Source: Anolis carolinensis
Taxonomy: Eukaryota
Direction: 5' to 3'
Assembly: GCF_035594765.1 (NCBI RefSeq)
Contig: NC_085843.1
Coordinates: 254,177,971 to 254,241,970 of the forward strand
Length of the DNA: 64,000 bases
The notes under the pieces were generated by a model that ran no database searches, was not told the origin of the DNA, and worked only from the letters and a program-made list of their open reading frames with translations. The translations under genes and the position numbers were made by a program. Shown piece after piece: positions 25,941 to 37,784 of this stretch. The first letter of the stretch is position 1; each line of letters starts with the position of its first letter.

Positions 25941-26439
25941 GCTACTTTCAACTACTTTCAAAGTATGTACCACACAGTTAAACAGAAAAGAAGACTTTCA
26001 AACCAGGAAGAGAAAAATGTATCCACATTTTTCAAATTTTGTTACATAGTGTTATTCATAGCTGAATATGTGTGCTACTGACAGGACTTAGAAACACCTT
26101 ATTCTTGCTCTACATCTCTTAGAGTCTAACCAGGGATTCTGGGAGTTGTACTCAAAACTAATTTTTCTAAGCTCTTATTCTGAAAGAGATGGCATCTGAG
26201 ATAATTCAAAGTAATATCAGAATCCTTCCTATGGAGTTTGATTTCTCTTTGCCATGGCTTGTCCCCACATTTCTTTCCATATATTTCTTTTGTTCCCACT
26301 CTGAATCAAGCAGCATTCAGTATTAAAAAGTTCTTCTAATGCTTGGTTGAAATTTGATTGCTTGCAATTTCCATCTAGTCGTTCTAGTCTTGTGTTCTGC
26401 AGCATCTTCTTTGTGACAGCTCTGTTGATACATGAAGAC

Positions 26440-26570
26440 ATCTATGATCTTCCCCTAACCTTCTGTTTTCCAGGTTAAATATATCCAACTCCGTTTTTGT
26501 AAGACTCACTTTCCATACACCTCTGATCATCTTGGTTATTCTTCCTGTGGACATGCTCTGGTTTGTGTAC
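26440..26570 (-). mobile_element. CR1 LINE fragment
   Basis: RITKMIRGVW...ELDIFNLENRRLGED resembles CR1 'RATKMI.GL...L.LFSLEKRRLRGD'. Confidence 0.7.
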
Positions 26571-27021
26571 ACACTTCTTATAATCAACGCGGTTCTAGTC
26601 TATAATAAAGAATCTTTGTGGAAAGAGAAACCTTTGGGCATATTTTGAAAACCGGCAATGAAGATGAGTTTCATAGGATGGTTGCTGTGGAGTTTTTGAT
26701 TGCTCTTTACTGAGTCAGATGTGCAATGTAATCTGTTACTGTCTAACTCAGTCATAGCATGAAACCAAGAAAAGATCCCGCCGTCCCACAATCCCTGATA
26801 AGCTAAGACATTTAGTGAAAGCTACTGGGTTTTAAGTGGGAACCTTCTGCATATAAAGTATGGGTGCAATCACTACCCTCAAATGTGCTATGGCCACCTA
26901 CTGACTAACTGATGGCAATATGCAAAGTGCAAGCAGAACAGGGAAAAATTATTTCTTGGGATGACAGTTTCCAGAATTCACTGACCAGCATCAACACTGG
27001 GAATAGTAGATAGCGATTTCT

Positions 27022-27082
27022 TTGCAGACGGCCAATTGTCTCACTCCAGAAGCAACTCCGGTTGCTCCTGATACGTAAAAAA
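27022..27082 (+). mobile_element. 61-bp 5'-truncated Anolis SINE2-like copy inserted in a MITE remnant
   Basis: gcagacggccaatt...gctcctgatacg-polyA, with a perfect 10-bp TSD AGCGATTTCT at 27012-27021 and 27083-27092. Confidence 0.8.
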
Positions 27083-29245
27083 AGCGATTTCTGGGAATTG
27101 TAGTCCAAAAAAGTAACACTTCCAACCCATGGGCACAAAGTAGTCATTGTTGCTGCAGTTACTGAGTGCTAATTATGTACATGCTTGTGTTTTTACTTAT
27201 CTAAATCTATCATGCTATTATCAACATGGCTGGAATAACAAGTGATGCAGGGAACATCACATACTCAGAATTATGTGCAAGAATTTTATTAGAAAACAGG
27301 AACAAATCTAGTCAGAGGATGTGTACAGTGAGCTAGCTGGGTGGGTTGTTTTCATTGAACATCTGTGATGCCCTCAAAATGTGCCCTATATACAATTGTA
27401 AACTATTCAAGACGCAGCTGCATGTGCTGCTTTGCATAAAAGAAGCAGTTGGCTAGTAATTGTCACATATCCCCTGCATCCAAGTACTTGCTCAGCATTT
27501 TATAAATCAAATCAAACACCCCCTTTCATTGCAAATGTATTTCATAAAATGTTAAGTAACTTTATAGCTGGGGAGTGAGTGCTAAGTGAGTCCCCATAAT
27601 GTGCTCTTTCTCAGAATTCAACACATTAGTTTTACACTTCACACTTCAGTGCTTTTTTGCGGAATTATGTAAATACACTGTAAGCATGCTTATGCTATTG
27701 TTTTGCACCCATCTTTCCAACCTTTTCATCCAAAATGATTTACTGGAATAAAAGAAAATCTGTGCATCTTGAGCAATTATATTATCCTCTGTCGAAAATT
27801 ATTCTTGCCAAGATCACTTGTAAATGATATATCCTCCTTCAACACTTTCCCATGATACTATCTCTCTTGTATCAAGGAAAGCAAGATGTCAGCATTTTGT
27901 TTGCTACATTAAAATCCTTAAAAAAAAAACTTTGATCGCAGTCTTTAACAAGATAAGAAAAGGATAATAAAAAAGCATTAAATCCACATAATTGCCTGAG
28001 GTCTTAGAAATAATAATAGCTGAACTCCCATGTCAATTACTGATGCAGAGAAATCTTTGACAAACCATCCTTGTGGTATGACTAGCTGAGGTTAGAATAA
28101 TTATTAGTATTATTAACTTTTTTTAATCACGCTTTTCTCCCCATAGGGATTCAAGAAGTTGGAAAGCTCTCATTTGTGTGTGGAGGCATCTTAGCATTGC
28201 AAAAATATATTCTATGGATCTTGTATGCTATTTGGCATTAAGAACACATTAAAAAGTCTTTTAATTACATTACTCATGTACTAAGTTCTGCCAAGGTTAA
28301 TTTTGACTCACAATACCAGAAACTCTAACTATCTATCTCCTCACATATGGGAATTAAAATAGTTTACAATATAAGGCCAAACAAAATACAAAAGTTAAAT
28401 CAATGGATAATACAAAAATACTGATAACATGTAAACCTGTAGTAACTTTGCATGTACACCAATAGGAGTGGGTTCAGACTCCTTGTCAGGACTCTTGGTA
28501 GAAAGCAGACTAGAAGGACCACAAAAGGAAAGCTACTTTGCTTTGGTATTAAAGCAAATTTTCCCATTGGAAAACACAAGACTTTCTCTCTCCTCACTGA
28601 GGATCAGTGGAAATAATTAGTCGGGTAAAACGAGTATATCTAGGATTGTAGAGAATGAGACAGTGAAAACTATTTACACCCAAACCTCTTGTATTCTTAT
28701 ACTTCCTGTGTTTGAATTCTCTTGTATTGTTTACTTTACCTGCAACATTTCCTTGGATGCCTGAACCCTTTCTAAATCCCTAACTAAAGTTTTAAGTTAC
28801 TACAGTGCTAGATATGTGGAAATTGAAGTAAATTTTTTGTTGTGGGCCAGAAATCTTACTTGGGAGGGGAAATTCTTCCTTTTGATATCTAGTCCCATTT
28901 TGGCTAAATCTCTGGGTAAAGTTCAGCATTAGCAGGGATCTTTAGGCCAATAGTGTTCGAGCGATGATTTCTATGCTAGTTTATAGAGTGGGAGAAAAAC
29001 TGAATCCATGAAAATGCTCTAGGCATATGTTGTAGTGCATAGTTGCAGTTCATTCCTTTTACAATGCGGCTTTGGTTTTTGCTAGGGTTTGGTTCCATGA
29101 GCCCCTGTGAATAACAAATTCCATGAATGTTCCAATTCCATTATTGCAAAATAGTAATGGCATAGTAAAATAGTGACTAGGGATGTAGATCTTCATAAAT
29201 TTTGTTAGAACTTGCAAGAATGTTTTTTATCACACTGTGAGAAAT

Positions 29246-29588
29246 GTGCGATGGGGAGTTGCTGCTAACTGTGAGAGAAATAAGGTTGAACACTGTGAAA
29301 ACCATCCACTGCATGACTATCAGCCTCCTCCCAGTAGACTCAAATCAAGGAAAAGTTTCATGAGAACCATCACTCCTCTTAATGTTTCTCCAGCAACAGC
29401 AAGAATATCCCTCTGGGCAACTAAACCAGCCCATCCCTACTGGATGGCCCCCCATGAGGGTCTGCCTCCAGGGACAACTAGGAATGGACAACTTTGAAGT
29501 CCCTGAACAGACTCAGAAGCGGAAAGGGCAGATCAAAAGACAACCTGGCAAGATGGCACTACCTGGGGGAATCCTATAAAATAAACAA
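29246..29588 (+). mobile_element. Internal Vingi ORF fragment with A-rich end and 17-bp TSD
   Basis: HPLHDYQPPPSRLKSRKSF...LNRLRSGKGRSKDNLARWHYL. Direct repeat ATCACACTGTGAGAAAT at 29229-29245 and 29589-29605. Confidence 0.8.
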
Positions 29589-30480
29589 ATCACACTGTGA
29601 GAAATAGAAGAATTTTCCAGGATTATATGTAGTTCTGGATTTATACTGTGCACACGCACACACAAAGGTTCTTTCAAAAACACCACTTTTAAGGCCAGAA
29701 GATAGGCTTTTATGTGCACAAATTATATTTTTTTATACAGAAAAAACATATTACTTGCATGAGAAATCTGCTTTCTTCAAAGAAACATGTTTGGGATTGA
29801 ATCCAGTAATTTATGAATGGAAAACCATCGAGCAGTGATTTCTCACTTGGTATATCTATCTGCACCTCCATCATTTGTCTAGAAAATAAGTGACTTGCTT
29901 TTCATTTCTATGGCAAGCATTGGTTTCAAAAAAGTTATAAGGTAATATTATTTTCTTTTTGCATCACGAGGAAGCATAGCCTTTCAGCATCTTCTTTTGT
30001 GTTTCTGTGCAACCCAACTGAAACACCCCTATTTGTCAATCTGCTCTTATTTATGAGACATGGCTTCATATAGAAACCATTTTCAAGACCTAACTGGATA
30101 TTCTCATTCTGTAATGATGAACTATTAGCTCTCATGTTCTACAGCCAACTAGCTATTATTTTCCTTTCTTAAAAATCTAATTCCCTGTGGCCTATTTTTA
30201 TTGCTTTAATAAATGAATCCCTCTTTTCTGCCTCTTGATTATTGGTACAATTGGTTTACTGCTTTATACACAAACAAACGGCATAATGGAAGGATTCTAG
30301 TTTATAAGCAGTATTGTCCATTATTTCAAAAGCATGACAGAAATGAGCTTCCAGAAATATCTCCCTTGAGAAATGTTTTGATCGGGTATTTGAAAGAAGC
30401 AAACCTTGGATAACATTGAATGAATTCCAAAGAAAAAGCAGGAAACATATCTCAAGATGATCAAGAAAATAGAAAAGCTG

Positions 30481-30532
30481 TGCCTTAGAAGCCTTCTTCA
30501 AGGCTTCTATGCCTTAGAAGCCTTCTTCAAGG
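30481..30532. repeat. 29-bp period tandem duplication
   Basis: TGCCTTAGAAGCCTTCTTCAAGG occurs twice. Confidence 0.85.
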
Positions 30533-30543
30533 TTCCTCTAGAG

Positions 30544-30678
30544 CAGTGGTTCTCAACCTGTGAGTCCCCAGATGTTTTGGCCAACAACTCCCAGAAATCC
30601 CAGCCTGTTTACCAGCTGTTAGGATTTCTGAGAGTTGAAGGCCAAAACCTCTGGGAACCCACAGGTTGAGAACCACTG
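30544..30678. mobile_element. hAT MITE (same family as 17112-17246)
   Basis: CAGTGGTTCTCAACCTG...CAGGTTGAGAACCACTG with a perfect TSD CTCTAGAG. Confidence 0.92.
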
Positions 30679-30861
30679 CTCTAGAGGAAACACAGGCTGA
30701 AATGCATTGAGCTTTTCTACTTTTCTACATTGGGTTGTTTACTTCTTCTGATGAAGAATTCATCAGTATTAATTCCTTAGCTATGATATGCAAATCCTTA
30801 ATTTCTCATCTGAGGCAAATAAGAATTATTTCAACACACCAGCATAAAAAAAAAAAAACCA

Positions 30862-31100
30862 GTCACAATTCTGGGCTGCATCAACATAGCCCTAATGTCT
30901 AGATAAAGGGAACTAGTAGTGCCTGCTTTGATCAGACCTCAACTAGAATAATGTTCCTAGTTTTGGGCACCATAGTTAAAGAAGTCTATTCATAAGTCAA
31001 AATATATCTAGAGGAGGAGGATCAACATGATCAACAGTCTGGACCCCAATCCTTATGAGAAATAGCCAAGAAAGATGAGTATGTTTAGCATGCAAAAATC
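30862..31100 (+). mobile_element. Decayed CR1 ORF2 fragment
   Basis: ILGCIN...ALIRPQLE*CS*FWAP resembles CR1 'ILGCI.R...ALVRPHLEYCVQFW.P'. Confidence 0.7.
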
Positions 31101-31287
31101 AAGTGAAGGGACATAAGTTCCTGAAAGCTTTCTCCAACTGCCTGTCTTCATGCACTCTATGACTGGTAGAGAACTGCAACAATAATTAATTCCCCAGCTC
31201 CCCATCTGCAGTGTTGCAAAACTCCTTTGGATGGAGTATCCCCAGCTCAAGAATTAGGTTTTTTTCAAGGTGACATCTGGCCTAAAT

Positions 31288-31500
31288 ATTCTAAAGATCT
31301 CATCTCATCTTGGAAGCTAAGCAAGGTCAGTTCTAGTTAGTACTTGGATGAGACACCGACAATGAATACCAGGTATTGTAAGTTATATTTCAAAGGAAGA
31401 ATCAGGCAAAACCACCTCTGAGTATTCCTTGCCTAAGGAAACCCTATGAAATTAATGGGGTCACCATAAGTCAACAGGCAACTTCAAGGCACTCACACAA
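31288..31500 (+). mobile_element. 5S rRNA-derived SINE (5S-Sauria-like) with RTE-type tail
   Basis: gatctcatctcatcttggaagctaagcaaggtcagttctagttagtacttggatgagacaccg...gaataccagg aligns to the 5S internal control region. Tail reads ggggtcaccataagtc...aaggcac. Confidence 0.8.
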
Positions 31501-32697
31501 AGAGAAACACACCATCAGATGTAGCTTCAGCAATGGAGTTCTGTCATAACTACATCCGATGATGCATCAGTAGATCATTTGGATGGTTGAAGAATTTTGT
31601 AGTGCCTACTATGTGGTATTTGTATTGCTGCCCCTTTTTCTTGCTTGCACAACAAATTGTTATTTCCCCTGCTTCTCCAAGAAATACAACCATGCTGTCC
31701 AGTGACACAAATGCTTTGAAACATAGTTCTGCCTTATGAATCGGAAAGTGTGTATCTATAATGGATGCACAACAACAAACAAGGAAAAATTACAGAATTC
31801 TAATCTCTTATTTTGGCATCTAGTTGTGAGAAAAAAAAATGGGAAGAAGAAGAGTCTGTCCTTGTTTCTGCCTCCAGAATGCAGGTCTTTCTTTTGGCTT
31901 TATTTACTGGGGTGAGAAAAGTTAGCCATTGTTCTCAAATAAAAATTCTGCCATCCAATGAATTCTTTTTTCCAGTTTCTAAATCACTAGCATTGCAAAG
32001 AGTGAAACACTGAAAATCATTCACTCCTAAAACATTTATATTGGCTATGTTTGTATTTTCTTAGTGACGTTATTTGGGAAGCTAATAACCTCATTTTATC
32101 CCTCAGTAGCTACATCTTTGCTTTTTGTCTTTTCTGTAGCTCTCACGGTAGTGGGTCCTCCCCTGTTTGCAATGATTCTCTAATGTCTATGTGGTTGGAA
32201 CAATTAAAAAAACTTTGACAGAAAAAGCACATATTTACATGGCATCTGGGATGTAGTAGATTTAAGTCAGTCACTAGCTTCAGACTTGTATGCCATTTCT
32301 AATATCTTTCTATTTCATGTTTCACAAATCATTATGAGACTCCACTGATTGAGTAACTAACACATACACACACCATAAAACACCAACACAGAGATAATAA
32401 TTTGGTTTCTTCTCTTATTGCTTTACAATATATTTCAGATTACACATACACTAATGGTGGCACTGCCCCTCTTCTAGATGATTATAGGATCAAATAGGAT
32501 TAATCACAGCCCCAATAGAGGGAAATACACCTCAAGTCACATACCTAATAGATCATCTAAGTGATTCAGATACTACTTATAATAAAACGTACCTATGCTT
32601 TATTTGAATCTATGTAGTTACTGTGCAGAAAACCAGCTGTGGCCTATAACTCATGCAATCTGGCACACCTTTATAACTTGGAGCAAGTTATAAAGGT

Positions 32698-32745
32698 AGC
32701 GACAATATGGAGTGCAACAGCAATATGGAGTGCGACAACAATATG
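32698..32745. repeat. 21-bp minisatellite, about 2.3 copies
   Basis: caatatggagtgc(a/g)aca is repeated. Confidence 0.75.
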
Positions 32746-33570
32746 TTGGACCATACTGAATGGCTCTCCTGAAATACAAACATTTATGAAAACTTTACCA
32801 AGTGTCAGATGGATGCACTTAGCTCTGACCAACAAGAACAGGCTAAACTTAGAGGTTGTCAAACAAACTAGTAGTGTGTAAGGTCCACAGAAAGGTCCTC
32901 TGAAAGAGTGACAATAACATTTATTTGCTGAACTTAGTCAATTTTAAATGCCTAGAAAATTCACTGAACTTATCAACCTCATAGGTTTTGTTCAGGTTTG
33001 TACTTAACAATATCTTTGAGCCAACCTCATAAGGCTTGAAATGCCACATTTTTTCTTTGCTTTTGTGGCCAGTTGTCAAACATTATGCCTGGGTGACTAT
33101 ACCTTCCAATTCCTGTCTCTCTTCTAAGTTGTTTTACTTTGCTTGATTTAGCCCAGAAACATACATCAGCTGTATAACTCTTTGTCCTGTATCAGAGACA
33201 TACAATCTTGTCTTATCTTGCTCCATGTGCCTGCATTTTATTTTTGAGTTTGCTCTGTCATCTTGTTAGGGGACATGGAGTCATGGAAACTCTAAAAGAA
33301 AAAAAACACTCTGGCTTTTTAGTGTTTCTGTCATGGCTAGAGATAATATTTGACATTGATGAAGCACTGAAGGAAGGACATAAGAAGCTGTCATGCTGTT
33401 GGACAATGCTGTGCTCTTCAAATATGCTGAGCTAAAGCTTCCATCACCTCTAGCCAGCAAAATCTTTCACCATTATTTGGGTAGAACATGAAAGGAATTG
33501 TAATCTGGCATATCTGGAGGTCATCATATTGAGAAAAGTTGACCCAGGAGAGATGTGACATGTCATAGTA

Positions 33571-34441
33571 CAGGCAGTCCCCAGGTTACAAACATCTGAC
33601 TTACAAATGACTCCTAGTTAAGAACAGGGGTGAGTCAATAGGAAGTGTGAGAAATTTATCCCTAGTAAGGGAAATACACTCCTGACAGAGTTATCATGGG
33701 GAAAAAGGTGTCTCCCTCGAAGCATTATCACCAATTCTTGTTTCCACAACAAGCGACATTTTTCAAAGTCCAATTGTTACAAGGACAGAAAGTGAAATGA
33801 AATCTTCTGAATAGGGGCACAGACAGCAAAGAAAACATCACAGTAGTGTTAAATCTTCCCTATGCTATTCAAGAAACTAGAAGACATTTACTTCTTGGGA
33901 GGAGAGCAATGACCAACCTTGATAAAATAGTGAAGAGTAGAGACATCACACTGGGAATGAAAATCCGCATAGTTAAAGCAATGGTATTCTCCATAGTAAC
34001 CTATAGATGCAAGACCTGGACCATAATGCCTGACTGCTCACTGGAGGGAAGGATATTAGAGGCAAAGATGAAGTACTTTGGCCACATCATGAGAAGATAA
34101 GAAAATTTAGAGAAGATAATGATGCTGGGGAAAATGGAAGGAAAAGGAAAGAGGGGTCGACTAAGGGCAAGATGGATGGATGGTATCCTTGAAGAAGCTG
34201 GGGTTGGCGATGGCTGACAGGGAGCTCTGCCATGGGCTGGTCCATGAGGTCACGAGGAGTCAGAAGCGACGGAATGAATAAACAACAACATGCTATCCAA
34301 AGATGATATATACACACACACAAAGGCACCCACATATGGCTGGAGCTACACTTAAAAATGTACCTGTTCCAATTTACAAACAAATTCAATTTAAGAACAA
34401 ACCTACAGAACCTATCTTGTCTGTAACTTGGGGACTGCCTG
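33571..34441. mobile_element. Tc1/mariner (Tigger-like) non-autonomous element carrying a BovB insert
   Basis: TA-flanked TIRs CAGGCAGTCCCCAGGTTACA / TGTAACTTGGGGACTGCCTG. Confidence 0.85.
33873..34289 (+). mobile_element. BovB (RTE) LINE 3' fragment
   Basis: RRHLLLGRRAMTNLDKIVKSRDITL...VKAMVF...MKYFGHIMRR...MLGKMEG..RG..R.RWMD with a (CAA)n tail. TSD ATGCTATTCAA / ATGCTATCCAA. Confidence 0.9.
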
Positions 34442-34897
34442 TATTTGTGTTTTGGTCATTGTTAGTTTTAATACAGAAGTCATTTTCTTGCAACTTGATC
34501 AATTCTCTTACCTGAATATTAAGAAGTTCAAAGGATTAAATCTGGGACCTTCAAGATACAAAGACTGATCTCAGTAATCCTTACTATGCTGTAAATTAGG
34601 CTGGAATCTTCATGTTTTTATGGGAGCTTGAAATATAAAGCTTCATGGAAGGCCACCTATTGAGTTTGCGACATTTGGATCCATAGCTTTTGGTTCATAT
34701 TTGACTCACTGAATTTCTTCACAACATTTGCTACCAGAAAATCTAGTAAACATAACTGAATGAACTGACCTATCCAAGATGATGACCGTTAATTTGGATA
34801 CAAGTATGATGGTTTAAAATGCATAGCTGACCTTCTTGCCTTATATACATACAGTAGGAAACACCAAGATATCATTGGTGTAACCAAGGCAAACTGA

Positions 34898-35046
34898 TGC
34901 CCCTTCTACCCTGCCATATAAAATCCAGATTATCTGCTTTGAACTGGACTATATGGCAGTGTAGACTAAGATAATCCAATTCAAAGCAGATAATGTGGGG
35001 TTTTCTGCCTTGATATTCTGGGTTATATGGCAGTGTAGAAGGGGCC
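34898..35046. mobile_element. PIF/Harbinger-like MITE
   Basis: TIR GCCCCTTCTACCCTGCCATATAA / TTATATGGCAGTGTAGAAGGGGC, flanked by TGA and TAA. Confidence 0.75.
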
Positions 35047-37087
35047 TAAGCTGTTATATTACATGTGAAATGGGTCTTAACTTCTAGTCTGTTGAAATGA
35101 TAGAAGGATACAGTCTATATTAAACCATCTAATTTTTTTCTTGGCATGAAGAAGTGTGACCTAATTGTATCCCTGTGACTAAATAAATCTCTAGATAACA
35201 AATTATGTAGCTCATTCTGATAAGATTATCATTTACATTTTTGTTTCTTATGAATTAGTGTGTGTGTGTGGCTGTTTGCATGTGGGCACAGGGGAAATTG
35301 AATTATACCAGCAGTTATCCATCAAAAGCAGTCACTCCGCTCTAGCCACTGAAAAGAAAATAGCAGGCAACGAGAAAATGATCATATTTTAGTGTATAGT
35401 TTCTTAATTTAAAACTGCCATTTCTTAGGATTATTATTTTTGGGTTTCAACTTTGGGATTTATATGAGCTTTAAGGTGATCATTTCTTAAAGGGAACACA
35501 ACTAGTACTTCGATTCCCAAATCTTTCTGTTCTTTTCATATTAAGTGCCCTTATGCTGGCAACATTTCTATGGATATGCTTTACAATAATGGCAATGTCT
35601 TCAAACATTTCAGTCCCATACCTCATTTTAATTTCCTTTCCTTTCTGCTTCAGTGTGCAAGATTGCATGAAAATTTACATATTATTGTGTACATTTTTCT
35701 TACATGTAATTTTAAAATGCAAATTGGTCTATTATATAGTTATATAAGTGGTTTTCCTTAATATAACACAATATAATATACACGTTTCCCCTAGTATGTG
35801 CATTTTTATATGTACTTGCTCCTAATATCGACATTTTGGATGCATGATTTTTGTTTTTTTGTTTGGAGAACTGCTGTGAAATATTCTAACAAGAGCACTA
35901 CTAAAAATAACTAGGTCAAGCCTGCATTGATTTGGAGACTACAGACTGGTTCTTAATGAAGTGAGATCTGAACAAAAGTATCCCCCATTCTTCAGTCAGA
36001 ATCAGGTTCAGAAGCTTTCCCTTCTTTTAAACCATTTTTTCCTTGAACTATCCCATGGTAACAGTTATCACCTCACCCTATATGCAGTGCTTTTGCTTCC
36101 CCTGTTTTAGAAACGTGCCAAGATAATCTTCTAAAATGTTTATTTCCTTTATTTTCTATCCCACTTTTCTCTTGATATAGCTGTAGAAAGAGATTTGTTA
36201 GAAGACACGATCATGGACCTCCTGTATAATGTCTCATTTGGACCACTTATTGTGAAACTTGATGACTCCATCATAGAACGCACAGTGAAAGAAGGTAAAA
36301 ATTTGCTCCCGCAGAAAAGATTTCAAATTAGGTGTGTCTTCAGCCACTCTCTGTGATTGTGATAAGCTATTTTAGTATTGTGGCACTACCATGTATCAGA
36401 AACCACATGAGACAATCCAGGGAAGCCCAATTGCCTGGTAAGACTTTTAGACAATGGCAATCTAAAATATGGCAGGAGACATGCCCCATGCAGGTCTGAA
36501 TACCGATGATGGAAATCTCAACCAGAATATAAAGTAGAGAAATGAACAAATCCACCCTCTATTTCAGATCGCCAAGCAAGAGGGAAATATCAATTGACAA
36601 GAGACGATTGTGTGCTTTTTGATGTTCAGAACTATTCTCTGAGTGGAGTCCACAATAAGTTTGTCTTTTTGTCTTTAAGGTTCCCAAATACTTACACTTA
36701 TTGGAATATTTTTAAACTGTAGAGTCTAGAAGACAAATTATTCTTTCAGTTCATGTTTGTAATACAAGTCTGCTTGCTTGCTCCCTCCTCCCTCCCTCTG
36801 CTACTGCGACATTATAGGTAATTTTATTCATACTGTCACTACAGTCTCTGGACAGAAGGGTTAACAGTGTTAGGAAGAAATGATTTATGTGTTCCATAAT
36901 GGGGCCACATCTCAATGAGAGATCCCCTGTTTTACATGTGTTTTGTCTTTCTTTTTGGTGTTCTGTTTTTAGTTGCTGTAGCAGCGGACAGAGCTCCAGA
37001 GAGCTCCTGGCCTTCACTCAGCACTTTTCCTGATATAAGCAAAGAGGCCCAAGTGACAGAAAGGGGAAAGGAGGGGCCTTTCAAAGT

Positions 37088-37302
37088 ACTGTCAGCCCTC
37101 CATATCCATGGATTCTGTATCCATGGATTTAGCTATCCACTGCTTGAAAATATTTTTAAACATCCCAAAAGCAAAACATGATTTTGATATTTTATATAGG
37201 GACACCATTTTGCAATGGCGTTGTAGATAATGCGACTTGGGCATCCACAGATTTTGGTATCCATGGGGTGGTGACGGTACTGGGACAAAACCCTGCTGAT
37301 AC
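37088..37302. mobile_element. Tigger/MER2-like DNA transposon remnant truncated by Penelope
   Basis: ta-ctgtcagccctccatatccatggattctgtatccatggat is a typical end sequence. Confidence 0.55.
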
Positions 37303-37780
37303 CAGCTTCAAAGTCTGTCTGCTTCCGCCTGGGGGAATCCTTTGTTGGGACTGTGTTAACTGGCCCTGATTGTTTCCTGTCTGGAATTCCCCTGTTTTCT
37401 GAGTGTTGTTCTTTATTTACTGTCCTGATTTATAGAGTTTTTTTAAAAAATACTGGTAGTGTTTTTAATCCCAAAAAGGATTTCCCCATGCAGGAAGCAG
37501 CCAGACTTTGAAGCTGCAAGGCCTTTTAATGCTAATCAAGGTGGCCAATTGCACCATTCACACTTGTCTCAAATAGATAAGAGTTTGTTCTCCTGCTTTG
37601 TACCTTCCACAGAAATATAAGCCCCATTTGTCTAGTTTCCAACAGACCTCACTACCTCTGAAGATGTCTGCCATAGATGTAGGCGAAATGTTAGGAGAGA
37701 ATGCTTCTGGAACATGGCCATACAGCCCAGAAAACTCACAGCAACCCAGTGATTCCGGCCATGAAAGCCTTTGACAACAC
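37303..37780. mobile_element. Penelope-like element with inverted 5' segment; degenerate hammerhead at 37655-37695
   Basis: cagcttcaaagtctg (37303) is inverted relative to cagactttgaagctg (37502). The plus arm carries CCT-CTGAAGA...GAAATGTT-AGG and ends GACAACACA. Confidence 0.85.
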
Positions 37781-37784
37781 AGTT

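Larger units (their letters stand above)
24880..26051. mobile_element. Chapaev3-like element, second copy, split by two insertions
   Basis: CACTATGTAAC...GTTACATAGTG-TTA. Pieces 24880-25040, 25376-25441 and about 25950-26051 are collinear with 1210-1518. Confidence 0.75.

Noticed and set aside
31288-31380. 5S rRNA gene
   Set aside because: It is diverged and 5'-degenerate and continues into a SINE body and tail. A weaker 5S-like trace at about 54695-54755 is likewise not a gene.
35104-35111. GTATCCTT (U12 donor motif) on the minus strand inside the long intron
   Set aside because: The adjacent sequence does not encode NHE9, and roughly one chance 8-mer hit is expected in about 40 kb.
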